64,000 nucleotides of DNA from NCBI RefSeq assembly GCF_964204865.1, contig NC_135260.1:19034001-19098000 (forward strand), in the 5' to 3' direction. The notes under the pieces were generated by a model. That model was not told the origin of the DNA. It saw only the letters and a list, made by a program, of their open reading frames with translations, and did not search any database. The position numbers and the translations under genes are program-made. This document shows positions 26,201-41,200 of the stretch, piece after piece (positions within the stretch are counted from its first letter, which is position 1; the number at the start of each line of letters is the position of its first letter). The DNA is from Styela clava. Lineage: Eukaryota.

Positions 26201-29200
26201 TGTACCAATATGGCCTCATTTTGTTCGCCTACTTTACATCAAGTTGTGTAAAAGGACTGAAATCTATGATCAGAGCCAGAGGGTATATTTGCTTGGCTAA
26301 TACAGACAGTCCCGAACTTGTAATAGAACTAAAATAAAGAAAATCGGAATAAAATTATGGCCTATCCCCAACCCGGTACACACACTATAGAAGTACCGAA
26401 AATTGGGTACATTTTATTAGATTTTGACTTTTCAACCTCAGTATCTCTCCCACTCTCCCAGTGCTTTCTCCCATTATTCAAACCTTGTATGTACTCTGGA
26501 ATTTTAAACATTTTTCAAATCAAGTATTTTGCTCAATTCGTTTATACCTTTCCAAGGTGAGAATTTACCCGACATTATGGTAGAAAATTTTCACATTCAA
26601 ATTTAGGACTTCTTTTTTTCAGACACAAAGGTCTATTTTACTTTGATGGAAGATTTAGACCAGTACCATTGGAACAAACTTTCATCGGCGTAAAAACAAT
26701 GAATCGAATGCAACAAGCACAAGATATGAATAATATTTGTTATGAAAAGGCTGCAAGAAATGTAGAAAGAGGACATCAGGTTTTGTGGAATATTTGCATA
26801 TTTTATTTTGACATAGTTACGTAAAGGAAGTCGTTTAAAATGACGACACAATGGAATTTCTGTTTGATCATATTACTATATTCGTGATTAGTTGATACAT
26901 CATTGTTTCAGCTTAATAACCTATGCAAATTTCCTGTTTGCAGCCTCAATTCAACCGCAAGAACTAAATTAATCGAATTGTTCATATTGACTAAACTATT
27001 TTGATATTTATTTGCTTTAAATCATATTAGCTTCCTTTTATCCTCCATCTTGTGACGCTATTGACCAGTTCTTGATAACCGTGAAAATTTCCATATTTCA
27101 ATAGTGACCCAGAATGCGCAATATAAAGTGCTTAAAAACATTGAAAATTTTTATGCTATTTTAAACTTTAATATTAACTTCCAGTAACAGGATAAAACAG
27201 GGGTGGTCAAGGTTTTTGGATCAGGGGCCACAAATTTTGCCCACCTAGACTGGTGGGCCATTTGAGTGTGATGTAAAAAGTTCATTTCGTGAAGAATATT
27301 TACAGTATCACAAAAGCAAAAGTGGAAAACAAAAAGCCTCGTGCCCAAACTAAATTTATTAGCAATTTCAACAAATTCCTTGAGCTATTTTTAGGTAAAA
27401 CATCATTTGTTTTTAGTTTGTTTGTGGCATCATCAGGCAGGCCAGATTGAACTATCTGACGTGCCGAAATACAGCCCGTGGGATGCCCATGTCAGGGATT
27501 AAAGTTTTTCCCTTTTACTAGATTTGTAATATGTGCCATTCATTCATTTTTTCTATGTTGTTAATTCTGTGTCATTCTTATCGATGTATTACTAACTAGA
27601 GATACTATGCCATAGTTTAGTAGCATTCTAAACTTTTTATTTTTAGGTTTTGGTTTTTGTCCATGCTCGAAATGCTACAGTTAAAACTGCTCAGGCTTTA
27701 TTGGAAATAGCAAGAAACAATGGAGAGACAGGATTGTTTGATTGTAGACAAATGTCGGGATTTGGGCAAGCGGAAAAACAGGTTTATATTAGAATATTTA
27801 TGTTTGGATATTGACTCCTATTTCTCCTGTCATTCTTAAAATTCTACTATAGAACTAGACTAGGCGAAAAAAAATTGAAATGGATCCTGAAATATTTTAA
27901 ATTGATTACGAGATATTTATTTCTATTTCAGACGTACCTGATTGTTGTGCAATATAATGATAACATAAGCTGAATTTCATTTTCCTGAATCCCGAATTCG
28001 CTCCAAATTTACTGAAAATGACGATTTTTATCAGATCTGAGTTCCTAGAAATAGAACTTATAAGCCAAAACCTTTAAATTTTCCTAATTTACAGTGTTAT
28101 CAAATTTACAAATGATGTATCGTACTTGCGTTGGTGCCCATTTTTTGTTCTGTGTCTCCTGGCTTGGCCTATGGTTAGGTATAAGCGTCCAACAGCGCAA
28201 TTTCGATACATTATATCATGTCACACTTAAAATTGTTGCGCTTTTTAGATGTCTAATTCAAGAAATCGTGAACTTCGTGAATTATTTGCATCTGGATTTG
28301 GAATTCATCATGCAGGAATGTTGAGACCCGACAGAAATTTGGTGGAAAGAAATTTTAGTCAAGTTAGTGATTAGTATTATCTTTTCATTCCAATTGAAAA
28401 ATATGAATTGAGGATTTCAGAATTTTTTGCTGAATGATATAAACTTGCTATCTCTTATAAGTATGGAAATACTGTTTTTGGAAGGTCTTATTTATCTAGT
28501 TGAATTTAGCCTACCTAATTCATCGCAACTTACAATGGATGAATATAGTATATTAAGATTTCTAACTTGTATAATTATAAGTATAAGTTTATTTCGACTC
28601 CATAATGGGAAGGTATTGATAAAAGATGTAGTACGTGTTCGATCACCCCATGTAATGCCGAAACATTTACAGTAGTACGATAAACACTATACCGTTGCTT
28701 CCCAACTTTTCAGTGTTATGATTTGCCTGCAAGTTATAGATTGATTCCTCTAAACCAGGGGTCTCAAACTCAATTTACTCAAGGGCCGCTGGGGCAGAGT
28801 CTAGGTGAGTCCGGGCCGCATCAGGTTTTACACAATAAAAGCTCAGCAACTCGTTTGGCTCCCTGATATATCGTATACTCCTCACGTCTTGTCATTTAAT
28901 GACGTTTTAAATTGTATTCCTTGTTCACTGCAACTTTCTCTATGCAGATGAGACATGTCGGGGTGCCAGTATGCTCAACAAAGAAATATTGCATTTCCCA
29001 CTTTTCTAGCAATTGTCTGTGCTGTTGCGCTGATGTTTCAACCAAGCATTTAGCCGATGGACAGTGATGTTTCATCACATGGAAAACATTGTTACAATGT
29101 ATTAATATAAATCTAAGCGTTAGTGATTGTGACATCAAAAATCATGGAACACTGTTTTAATTAACTTATTTCAGGCGGTTCCACGTTCGAATATCAGGCC

Positions 29201-32200
29201 TACAGGTACGGTACTGGTAGGTTACGGTACCGCATATTCCTTTCAGAAATAGATGATAAAATATTTTGTTTGGCCCTACGTGTACATATCTTATAATAAA
29301 TGTATTAATCATGATTAATAAATGCTAATTGAGCTGAGTGACTTGCGGGCCGCACTAACACTAAGCTTTTATACCAAGGCGGGGGCCACAAACTAACGTC
29401 CTGCGAGCCGCAAGTTTTAGACCCCTGCTCTAAGCAAATCCTAGCAATACTGTTATGCACAAATCTTTTAGAACCTGATAAAACTGCACTGCTTCGGGAG
29501 ACGAAGAAAAAATTTGGACAATGACATAAAATTTCACTTTTTTTGAAACATTTGTCACAGTTGAAATACTTGCAAGCAGAACAAACCTCCCATTGTACTA
29601 TCAATTAACAACTTGAATACTATTTTGAGATAAACACAATTTTTTCAAATGGACAGATATTATGTTCCTTCCCCCTTAGTCTTGAGTTGTTTTCATCATA
29701 TGCGAGCTGGACCACAATGAAGAGTAGTTTCATTTTTTCATTCGTTTCCATCTTGTGCATGTAAGGCTGCACTACAATTTCTGTGAACACCTGTGAGTTC
29801 CCCAGTTGGAAACCACTACAGTACACAATATGTCGCCAAGTTGAGAAAAATTTATATAGGATTGTATTAATATAGAGAAGTGATCCTCGAATGGTGGGGT
29901 GTGGACAATTTTTGGAGGAGGCATGGAGCTAATTAAAAATAAAAATATTTGTTAGATTTGATCTTGCCTGCCTTATTTTTTGACGTGTTTTTTTGAATAA
30001 AACATACTTTTGCCTAACTATCTGTTATTTGTATATTGTTATATTGATATTATATTATAGCAGTTATTTTTGAGGTGGGGCACGAGACTTGGCAACTTCT
30101 AAAAAGGGGCGTGGCCTAAAAAGAACCACTGATATAGAGAAAAGTATTGTTCAGACATCTTCTTGAATTCCATTTTTTATGACAGGGTTTTATCAAGGTA
30201 TTATGCTGTACAGCCACACTTGCTTGGGGAGTCAATCTTCCTGCACATGCTGTCGTAATCAAAGGTACAGAGATCTACGATGCAAAGCAAGGTACTTTTG
30301 TGGATTTGGGAATTCTTGATGTTATGCAGGTGTGTAGTGTTATATTTTTTGTTTTTTTACCATATGAATAATTTGACCCAACTATGTTATGTCAATTGAA
30401 ATAAGTAAAATAATATATTGAAAGCTCAAATTTAATCTGAAATTCACAGCCTCTGAACAGTTTGCTGCCAAGATCAACTTGAACTTTTTTGATTTTGGGA
30501 CCTAACGGTTGAGGCATCAGACTTAACTGTCTTAGTATTGCAGGTTTTACTCGGTTTCGAATCTTATGCCCACTAACTCACTCATGTTGTGATAAATTGG
30601 GTAAACAATGCCGAACCCGAAAGATAAAGGTCCAAAAACAGTTGATTGTTACATATCAGTGGCCCAATTTGCAGGGCGTTTTTCAGAGTGAAAGGAATGA
30701 ATGAGCATTGTATCTATATTTACTAAATCAGGGGTATGGGCCAAATGCGGCCCACAAGAAAAAATTGTGTGGCTCGCGGATATGTGCCAATTTATAATGG
30801 TGTGCCCTTGAAACAAGCTTTTAATTTAGTTTAATCTAGTATGTGCGAATCATTCCAATGCCTTCGCCCTGTAAGAGCTTGTGCAAAGCGAACCATGCAT
30901 GTCATAAGATCAAAAACCAAAATTTTTACTACCAGCAAACCTATGTCAATTAAATAAAAGTGCAGCCGACAGTTTCAATCAGGTATTTGTATCTGGCCCT
31001 TCTGTATTAATGGTTGCTCACCCCTGCACTAAAATATAATTGCTCTCAACTTATTTATTGAATTCTTACTTCTTCTAGATATTTGGACGAGCAGGTCGAC
31101 CACAGTTTGATACATCAGGAGAAGGAACAATCATCACCTCATATACTAAACTATCTCATTACCTTGCATTACTAACAAGACAAAATCCAATTGAAAGTCA
31201 ATTTGTAGCAAAAATAACAGACAACTTGAATGCTGAGGTAAAGTATGCTTTGCAGTAGTTTTGGATTACGTCTGCTGTCTGGTTTTATATATAACTTTGT
31301 TTTATTGTATATTCTATTTTATCACATGAGGTTTTCGATGATTTCCTCAAAAATAATTTGCTTATCTAATTAATTGAATTATTTAAATAATTGATCACTA
31401 ATTTTACCTAATTAAATACTTGTTTTAATTATTTTGTAGATCTGTCTTGGAACGGTCAATTCTGTGGAAGATGGTGTGAAATGGTTGTCTTATACTTATT
31501 TATACACCAGAATGAGAAAAAATCCTTTGGTTTATGGAATTTCATATGACAGACTTGCTGTATGTATTGTTCTTATCTGTTATTGACTATATTTCATTTT
31601 AAATAGATTTCATTGCTAGGATTCATAGATTCAAGAGTTTCTTTCAGAATTGTGGTATTCTAGTTCTCGGGGTTACAGCCCTAGCTATTGTGGGGCCAAG
31701 TTTGTGTATATATATAATGACTGAAATAAAATGGGATTTTGTAATAAAAAACGAATACTTTTTTATGTTTTACAAACTCAGGTTTAAAGAAACGTTATCT
31801 TGCAAACACTGTGCGCAGCAAAGTCAAATCTAACTTCACGAATTGGCAATCTTGAATTATTTTGATTAGTCTGAGACGCAAAAAGCTTCCACCAGATGCC
31901 ATATGAAACATATAATGAGTGCAATAAAATAGTTGGGAAAAACATCACATAGAATCAGGACCAACAAAAGTGCCATGCCCAATGCGGTTGTATTGGTTGC
32001 AGTGGCCCAAAGCCGGCAATACTTTCCCGCCTTGTATTTACAGACCAAGTCAACCCTTTTCGCTGACATCCACAAAGTACTAGTCTCGTTAACAATTTAC
32101 TATTGCTGTATGGTTCTTAGTTATTTCTCACAGCTGTGATTTTGATTTGCTGTTTCTCTTTTACCTTGGTGCCTGACCTGTGTCGTTATCTTGAACATTA

Positions 32201-35200
32201 TTGCATAGAATAAACTTGTGGGCTGTATTATCAAAGTAATACTATGGGCTTTGTAAAATATGCTGTTAAGTTTTTCATATATTACCTCAATTATTTTTTT
32301 TTATACTTCATAACAGCAAGATCCATTACTTGAAAGATGGAGATCTGAACTGATTGTCAATGCAGGAAAAAATCTTGCAAAAGCTAAAATGACAAGATTT
32401 ACTGAGAGAACAGGTAAAGTTTATCCGTAGATTGAATGGAACTGCTTTTTGTGGATTCAGAGCAATGCAAGCAAAATTTACACAACATGTTATTTACATT
32501 TTAGGTTATTTCAATTCTACTGATATGGGAAGAACTGCTTCTCATTATTATATCAATCATCACACAATCGAACTGTTCAATGAAATGATCAATCCAACAA
32601 TGTCAATCTCCAACATATTCGTAATGATTTCTAAATGCAGTGAATTTGAACAAATCAAGGTAATATACTATACTAATTATCTTTATTGTTTTTGTTTGGT
32701 CGCTTGCTCGATTTGTGTATTTGTGCCATGTGATTCAAATCCTATGCTTATCACCTCATCGAGGGATAATATATTATATAGGATATTTGATGAATCATGT
32801 GCTTTAGATACATTATCTGGCTATGTGGCCTCGCGCCCCCTGTTCGGAATAGCTGGTCTAGTGGTTAGAGAATTGGACATCGGCATCGCAGATTGAAGAA
32901 ATAAGTTTTAACCATCACCTCAATCACGGTGTAACAAAGTCGAACCAGAAAGTAACAGTGGCCGTTTAGAGACTGATTGGATTGAAGAGAGTAACGTGCA
33001 CTCCCTTTAATTTGCTTATTTATTTTTATTTTGGACTAATTTCAGCTTCGAGATGATGAATTGGAAGAACTTGATGATTTGATCGACACTATGTGTTTGA
33101 TACCACCTGGTGGTGGTTCTGAGAATACTTATGGTAAAGTCAATATTCTTCTGCAAACGTATATATCTCGTGGATCTGTCAGAAGTTTTTCTCTTACATC
33201 TGATTTAATGTATATTGCTCAGGTTTGTGGTATTTTCGTAGGGTGCTTTGAGATTGTAAATAAATGCAAAATATACTGTAGAAAGCTTTTTATATCGTTG
33301 TCATAACAGAGGAGAAGAGCATATAAGAGTGCATTCTGTCTGGTCAGGTGTGGTATATCTACCCACTGATGCATGCATAGATGGATGGTGCGGCAAGCAA
33401 TAACTGGCCATGACTAGTGGTTATATGAACATGATACCACAGTTCCAAGTCCAACTATTTTCTTGCACATATTCACGCAGTTATAACCTACTAAAAGTAA
33501 TCAATGTATGATGACTGGCATGGCATGATTTGTCGGCTGTCTAGCCACATTTTGAAATTTAAAAAAAAAAAATTTTTGTGTTCCTGGTATTATAATTACT
33601 CTGTGATGAAATTGAAATAGCGCTACCTAATGTGACCAACGTGGCACCACCTCAAGCATTCTGAAGATGTTAATAGACACAGGGCAAAAGGAGGCTTTTA
33701 TTTGGTTGAACGCTCTAAAACAACTACAAGTTATAGGTAAAAAAGCTTCGACCAAAGTCTTCATATTTTTGTTTTCATATTCAGAATGCTGGTCGAATCG
33801 TGAGAGGTTTATTTGACATTGCTGTAAAGCAAGGAGAACCAGTTCTTACGAAGAAGCTTCTTGATTTGTGCAAATGTGTTGATCGTAGAATGTGGCCCGA
33901 TGAATCTCCACTTCAACAGTTTCCGATTCTAAAATTTGAAACGTTGAGGAAAATCAAAGAACAACGACTCACAATTGATAAAATGCAAGACATGAATGCC
34001 AATGATATTGGTATGATATATTTGAACGAATTGATGAAACAATCAGATTAGTGTATTGGAAATATGTTTTGCAATTTTAATATTTTTTATGGGAAAGTAT
34101 GATGAAATGTATGATGTATAAAATATTGTGATTTCAGTGTGTTTAATTTTTAATTTACTGTGATACTTGAGTTTGGGATGTCCAAATTAAATTGAATATT
34201 TAAATAACCTTAAAATTATTTTTTTATCTTATGCATTAAAATATTTCTAATTCAATGAGGTGATTTTGGTATTTTTGCGATTATGCCATTGTGTCATAGA
34301 ATAACCCAAAAGTGTTTTTTTAATTTCCAAGATCCTTGGGAGTGTAACACTTAATGTCTGAACCACTGTCGTTCATGACAGGACAGTAAATTTTTCTAGT
34401 TTGACCCTCTCAGATTCGATCTCATTCAAGAATAGTCGTTTTTGAGTATTATCATGAAATAATGTTTTTAATTTCAGGTCACATGCTTCGTCATCCTCGT
34501 ATTGGCACAACTGTTAAAATGTGTGTTAAAGAATTTCCAGCGATTGAACTTGAGACAACAATTCAACCAATCACAAGATCTGTTCTCAGAATTCGTCTTA
34601 CCATCATTCCTAGGTTCAAATGGCATAGAAAAGTAAATTTCAAAATTCAAATTAACTATCGGTTATGGGTTATGTGAAACTATCCACTTACCCTTTTCCA
34701 TGATTTCGTGAATACGTATGTATATAAATATAATGCAAGAAAGCTGTAGTGTGAATAAAGCTGACTTATGTATACTTCTCAAACTGCTGCAAAATTGTAT
34801 TTATTTCTTTGCTTTTTGCTGCTACAAGATAAATCATATATTATAATTATATACCTATTTAGGCAATGATTTGCCTTTTCGTATTCTATATCTCTAATAA
34901 AATGGCAGACTGTGCTTTGCATTGGAACCTTTGTGAAGTTTTAATGTTGACGGCAATATTCTTTTGACTTTCTGATTTTGGATTCATATGTCGCCAAAGC
35001 AACAAGGCATCTTTAGCTGATCTTGACTCCCTGTTGTCCTCTGTCTCAACACTGATGTCTTGAATCTAGAAAATGAGATGGATTTTATTATTCAATGTCC
35101 TGAGGGAGAGGAGAAAAATTTTTTATAAGCGCTACTTGCCAATTACCGGTAGATATAGTGTGGTGAATGGAAATTACAATGGATAGGTGCCAGAAGCTAT

Positions 35201-38200
35201 ATCAACAAGATATATCTCAAAGGTTATACACTGCCTTTTGTTTCTTTAAGCTTTAGACAGTTTTGACTATTACCCTATTGTGTTCACTTTCAACCATAAC
35301 TATATACGCTTGTATCATTTTTTGAAGTTAATTATTATTAATTGCAGGTTCATGGAACAACAGGAGAACCTTGGTGGATTTGGGTTGAAGATCCTGAGAC
35401 CAACATGATGTATCACAGTGAATATTTTATTTTACATATGAAGCATGTAAGTCATTTGATTCATTTCAGATTGAAGATTATTTTATCTTTATTATTGAAA
35501 TTTCCTAAATACTATTTTCTGTTAGTTATTGTTTTATTCATATGGTTATGTTTATACCGTCATACATCAAAGTGTTCTTGAAAGATTTTTTCATGTAGAA
35601 CAAATGACTTGTACTAGTATTTAAATCAACTTGTTCTGGTACAGTGGACAGTGGCTCTCCAACTTTTTAAGCCGTGCCCCTTTTTAAAATTTGTCAATTC
35701 AAGTGCCCCACCTCAAAAATAACTAGCTACAAACAATAAACTACTAAGAACAGATAGGAAGGCGAAGGTATGTTTTATTCAAAATACACGTTGAAAATAC
35801 GTGGATGGAACGTAAATATCCAAAATAAGGCGGGCAAGATCGAATCTAAAAAATAATTTATTTTTAATTAGCTTCACGCCCTCTCAAAAAATTGTACACA
35901 TGCCCCACCGTTTGAGAACCACTGTTCTAGTACTTAAACCATCATGATATGGTTGGTACTGTAACATTACTTACTCACATGATTTATAGTAATAACATGA
36001 CATGATCATATATCAATACTTACTATGAGACTCTTTCGTTTATTTTTGAATATTCTAAATTAATTCGTTATAAAGATTTGACTCATTAGTAGCAAATTCC
36101 ATAAAATAGTGATGTTGGCTTCGATTATTTACATATTCGAGTTCATGATATTCATGTTTTCTAAATTTTTTCAAATATCTTCATTTTTAAATTTTCATCT
36201 GCATTCCCATTACGGTAATTACCACTCACACTCAAATTTCAAACATTTGTGAAAATAAAGAAATTTTTAAAGCTTATGTTATCTTGGTAGTTTCGCCTGC
36301 ATTTTACTTAAAATAAGCGTACTCATGGCTTTTGTGGAGCAAACTTCCCGAACATGGTCTTGACTTATTTTGCTGTATGTACCTTATGGCAATCTATATA
36401 ATCTGCAACAGGTTGAGAATGCTGAAGAACAACAACTTGTCTTTACTATTCCAATAGTTGAACCAGTTCCATCTCAATATATGGTTCATGCAGAATCAGA
36501 TAGATGGTTGGGAGCTTCTGCAATTTGTCCAATATCATTTCAACATTTGATATTACCAGATAGACATCCACCCCATACAGGTGATATATGGATAAAAACA
36601 GGAGAGCAATGCTCATGTTTATAGACATGGAGGGTGAACACTGATACTGAAAATGTCTTAGCTTACATCGCTCAGTGGAAGAAGAAATTGTTTCTATATA
36701 TCATAAAACAACAATAGGAATAATAAATGTTTCCAGCTTACAAACTTGAATTGTATTTGTCTTCTCATTTCATATTTTGATCTAGTAATTTACTTTAACT
36801 TTCTTTCTCTTCCAGAATAGAACCTTATACTTTGTATTAACAGCTGAATCTACCATTCCAAATATAAATAAATCTTGGTATAGTACTTGTTTAGTTATCT
36901 GAATAGTTTTTCAAAAGATGACAATAAATATTCTGGTTGCTCTCATTCAAATATCTAATAAAAATAATGTTCTAACTCCCAATATATTATTGTTTCTTTC
37001 ACAGAACTGCTTGACTTAGAACCTCTTCCTACTGCTGCTCTAAAGGAAGAATATCGTTGTTTGTATAAATTCACCCATTTCAATCCAATCCAAACTCAAA
37101 TATTTCATTGTTTGTATCACAATGACTGCAATGCCCTCATAGGTAGGTTATGTGAGTAGAACAAAAATAAAATTATATCTTTATTTGCTTGATCTCATTT
37201 ATTTTACCAAACTTTATTATGTGCTGTAGTTATGGATGTTCATACCCATATAATAGGATTTAGCTAATCCACAGTGCCATGTTATTAATCAATTTCATTA
37301 TTGAATGATACTATTGGGTTTGTACCATCTCATAATATCAATCATAATAACAGCAAGTTTTGTAATTTCTGTCTAACTATTTGGTTCGAATTTAGGTTTT
37401 TGTATTTCTTAATTGTATGAAGATATAGGTATAGGACATAGTTTCATATAAATTGTAGTTTCCACATTCATCTCTATATACATGCCACATTATTGAACAA
37501 AAACAAGAAATTAGACTCAATGCAACAAGAAGTAAAACAGACTAAAATGATCTCGAGGATCGCAAGAGAAAAATACTCGAGGCATGAGTATGTTAATGGA
37601 AGTATTTAAACAGGAAATTTAAAGGGGAACATTATTATTGGTCAAAACTGGTTGATAGCTCTGTTATTAACTAGTTTTGAACATGGGCATTCTTGTAAAT
37701 TATTTTTGTAATTTTCTTTTTTAGGAGCTCCGACTGGATCTGGTAAAACTGTTGCTGCTGAATTAGCAATATTGAGAATGTTCAACACACAACCTAAATC
37801 AAAAGCAGTTTATATTGCTCCAATGAAAGCACTTGTCAGAGAAAGAATCTCGGACTGGAAACTGAGATTTGGTGACAGATTAGGGAAAACGTAAGTTCTA
37901 CGTTATATATTGAATTATATACTGTTATGCAGGGGGACCCAAAAACGAAACCCAGATCATTTGGAACATATTTATATTTTAGAACATGACTCTCATGCAA
38001 AGTGTCCTACACAACAGAAATCTTCGGAAAATCAATTTTTTTTTAAAAAAAAGCTGCTTTTCTGGGCTAATAATGACATGCGCTCTAGCGAGCCATGAAA
38101 AACTATAATTTCATTATGATATTTATTAGTTATTATTTTCTAATACATAAATTTGAATTTTAAATATTATAAATTATATTAGTATTATGGGAGACATGAC

Positions 38201-41200
38201 TACTGAAAATTTTAAAACTTTTGGTTCAGTTATTAAAGAAAATAAGCTATTTTTTTTCAGCAAAAACAATAACACAATATATCAAAACTATTATTCATAG
38301 GTCAACCTCGTGCCCAATATTTATAGCATAAAATCGCCTGTTTCTGATTTTTCAATCTCAGATTTACAATATCCAGATATACAAACCAGTGATGTCCAAA
38401 ACAAATTTAAAATTCAAATACATTCGAATTTCATTATATTCGATATAGAAATTTTTTTAATTTATTTGAAAATTACCGGTAGATATTTTGCGCTGCCAGA
38501 CAAACCGATCAAAATGTACGATATCTCAACTGATAACACAGAAAAAACAATGACCTTTATATTCAGGTCGTTCAAGATGTGATCAACATGATTTATTTAA
38601 TTTTCCACAGGAACTTGCCCCCAATTTAGAATGTATTCGATATTCCATATTTATTAGTTTTCGTGAATGTATTCGAAATAGCGAAATATTCGGTTTTATC
38701 CAGCCCTGAACAAACTAACCATTTGTTACAGGTCCTTATGTATTTATTTTCAGAATTGTTGAGTTGACTGGCGATGTGGCACCTGACATGCGTGCTGTGG
38801 CACGAGCTGATATAATTGTGACAACGCCAGAGAAGTGGGATGGTATCTCACGTAGTTGGCAAACCAGAAACTATGTCAAAAGTGTTTCTCTCATCATCAT
38901 TGATGAGATTCACTTACTGGGTTAGTATTTGACAGATATAACTTGAGGTTTATTATGTGTTTTCACAGTTAACAACTTCGATTGGGCAACCAGCTGTATA
39001 AAAGTAAAAATTTAGGGATTTCATATTTATCCCAGGGCAAAAAAAGACATTTTAATCACATGGCGAACTACGACCGCTCGTCCGGTTACCATTCCATGTC
39101 AGATTTGAAAACTGTTTACCAGGTATTTGTTTTGGATGCATAGACTTGATGGCGGAGGAAGCCGTAACCAACCAGCGTTTCATGAAATACCATACGGCAG
39201 CGAGGAGTCAATCAATCCTCTCGCACATATATAATTATCCTTCAAAAGATTCAAATCTTCTCGGAGTAATTAGATGGAAAGTGTGTTTTTAATGCCTAAT
39301 ACGATGTGCCACCCTCTGATCATCGCATTGCGCCAACCTCCAAGCCAACCGTTTTATGAAGATTCTTAAAAATATGTCCATTTTCTCAGGTGAGGATCGA
39401 GGGCCAGTTTTGGAAGTGATCGTGTCGCGAACTAACTTCATATCATCTCATACTGATAGACTTGTTAGAATTGTCGGTTTATCTACTGCATTGGCTAATG
39501 CAAGAGATTTAGCTGATTGGTTGGGAATCAAACAGGTAAAAAAAAATGTGATGATTTTGATTTTTGTTACATAATTGGGGATCTATGTTTTACAATTCGC
39601 CACATGGATTGGGTGACATTACCCAGGTCTAAACAAAATTCAACCTGCATTAAAATCCTGAATAAATTATCCCAGTGAATGAGATATTATGCACACTATT
39701 TTGACACTTTTTTTTCAAGTTGTATTTCCTAATGAACCCTAAAATGTCTCTCAAATCTTGGGTAAATTGTATAGCTATGTAATGAGGTTATATTGAGGTC
39801 TAATGACAAGTGTGACTTGCCAGTCCATATCTTCAAGCTTTCTAAAAAAAAAACTAGAATTATCTGATAATATATTTCTTTCAACCAGATTGGCTCTAAC
39901 TTGTTGAATGTTAATTATGATAGTTTTCCTCTTATAGCTCCAATGTAAGGTGATGTTAATTACACATATTTTTGACACGAAGTGTATCTGTAAATCGTTT
40001 TGGTGTCATGTTGTAATTGACAAGACTCTTTTTCTTGTTCTTCTTGTTGTTGTTGGTGTAAAAAATCACCTTCCTCTTCAACTACTAAACCAAAAAAAAT
40101 TAAAAAAATTTTAAATTTAAAAAAATTAAAAACGTATCGGTGCCTAAATATTGTTGTTGTTGCGTGAGGGCTAATACTTTTATTCATTTCAAAAGTTTTT
40201 TGTGAGCTTTATGAAATTCGTTTTTTTGTGTGTCATGACAAAATCAAAAATTGGGCATCTTGTTCCGTGTTCGCATTCGCTTTCGTTGCTATCTGGTGGT
40301 CAGGTGAAGTCTGAAAGACTTAGGTATCGGTAGTTTACTGTAAAAGATTATATACTCATACTACTTTGTTTGGCTGTCCATATATATATGTGAGCATTGT
40401 TCTCTTATTATATACTAATTACCATCTTCATTTCTCTAATTAGCTTGGCTTATTCAACTTCCGACCTTCTGTCCGTCCCGTACCAATGGAAGTTCATATA
40501 CAAGGATTTGCAGGGAAACATTATTGCCCAAGAATGGCTTCTATGAACAAACCATGTTTTCAAGGTAAGAACTAAAACCGTTTAGAAGTGTTGCAATTTT
40601 ACCATGAATTTTGTTTTTTTGTTTCGGAACTTATTATTAGATTTGGAATTATTATTCGATTTTTTTTATGTTCTTCCAAGGTTTTATTGGAGAAGTGACT
40701 TAGACAATATTTTACACGTTCACATTGAAAACAAAATTGAGCTGCTCAATTCTTTGATTAAATGTAATAATTTGCGTTTATCTCCTGTAGCCATTAGGAC
40801 TCATTCTCCAGCCAAACCAGTTTTAATATTTGTTGCATCACGTCGACAAACTCGTCTCACTGCTTTGGACTTGATCGCATACCTCGCTGCTGAAGATGAC
40901 CCGAAACAATGGTTACATATGGATGAATGGCAGGTAGGGAGGGACATTTGAAATTCAGTGTGCACTGAAAATTGATTGCAGTCTTTTTTATTTATTATCT
41001 AGATCTAGATAACCAAAATGTAGAGTAGAAAAATGTGAGATCTAAGCGTTAGGAATACGCTCGCCACCGCACACACTGTAGGGTGGTTCACGTAACTGCT
41101 CATCGGTTACGGCTTCCTCGGCCATCGAGTCCATGCTTCCGAAAACAAATAACTTACTTATTCCATACCCAACATAGAATGGTAACCGTGCGAGAGGCCG

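Noticed and set aside
32848-32930. tRNA gene (AGCTGGTCTAGTGGTTAGAG A-box-like)
   Set aside because: No B box or cloverleaf; at most a decayed SINE head.
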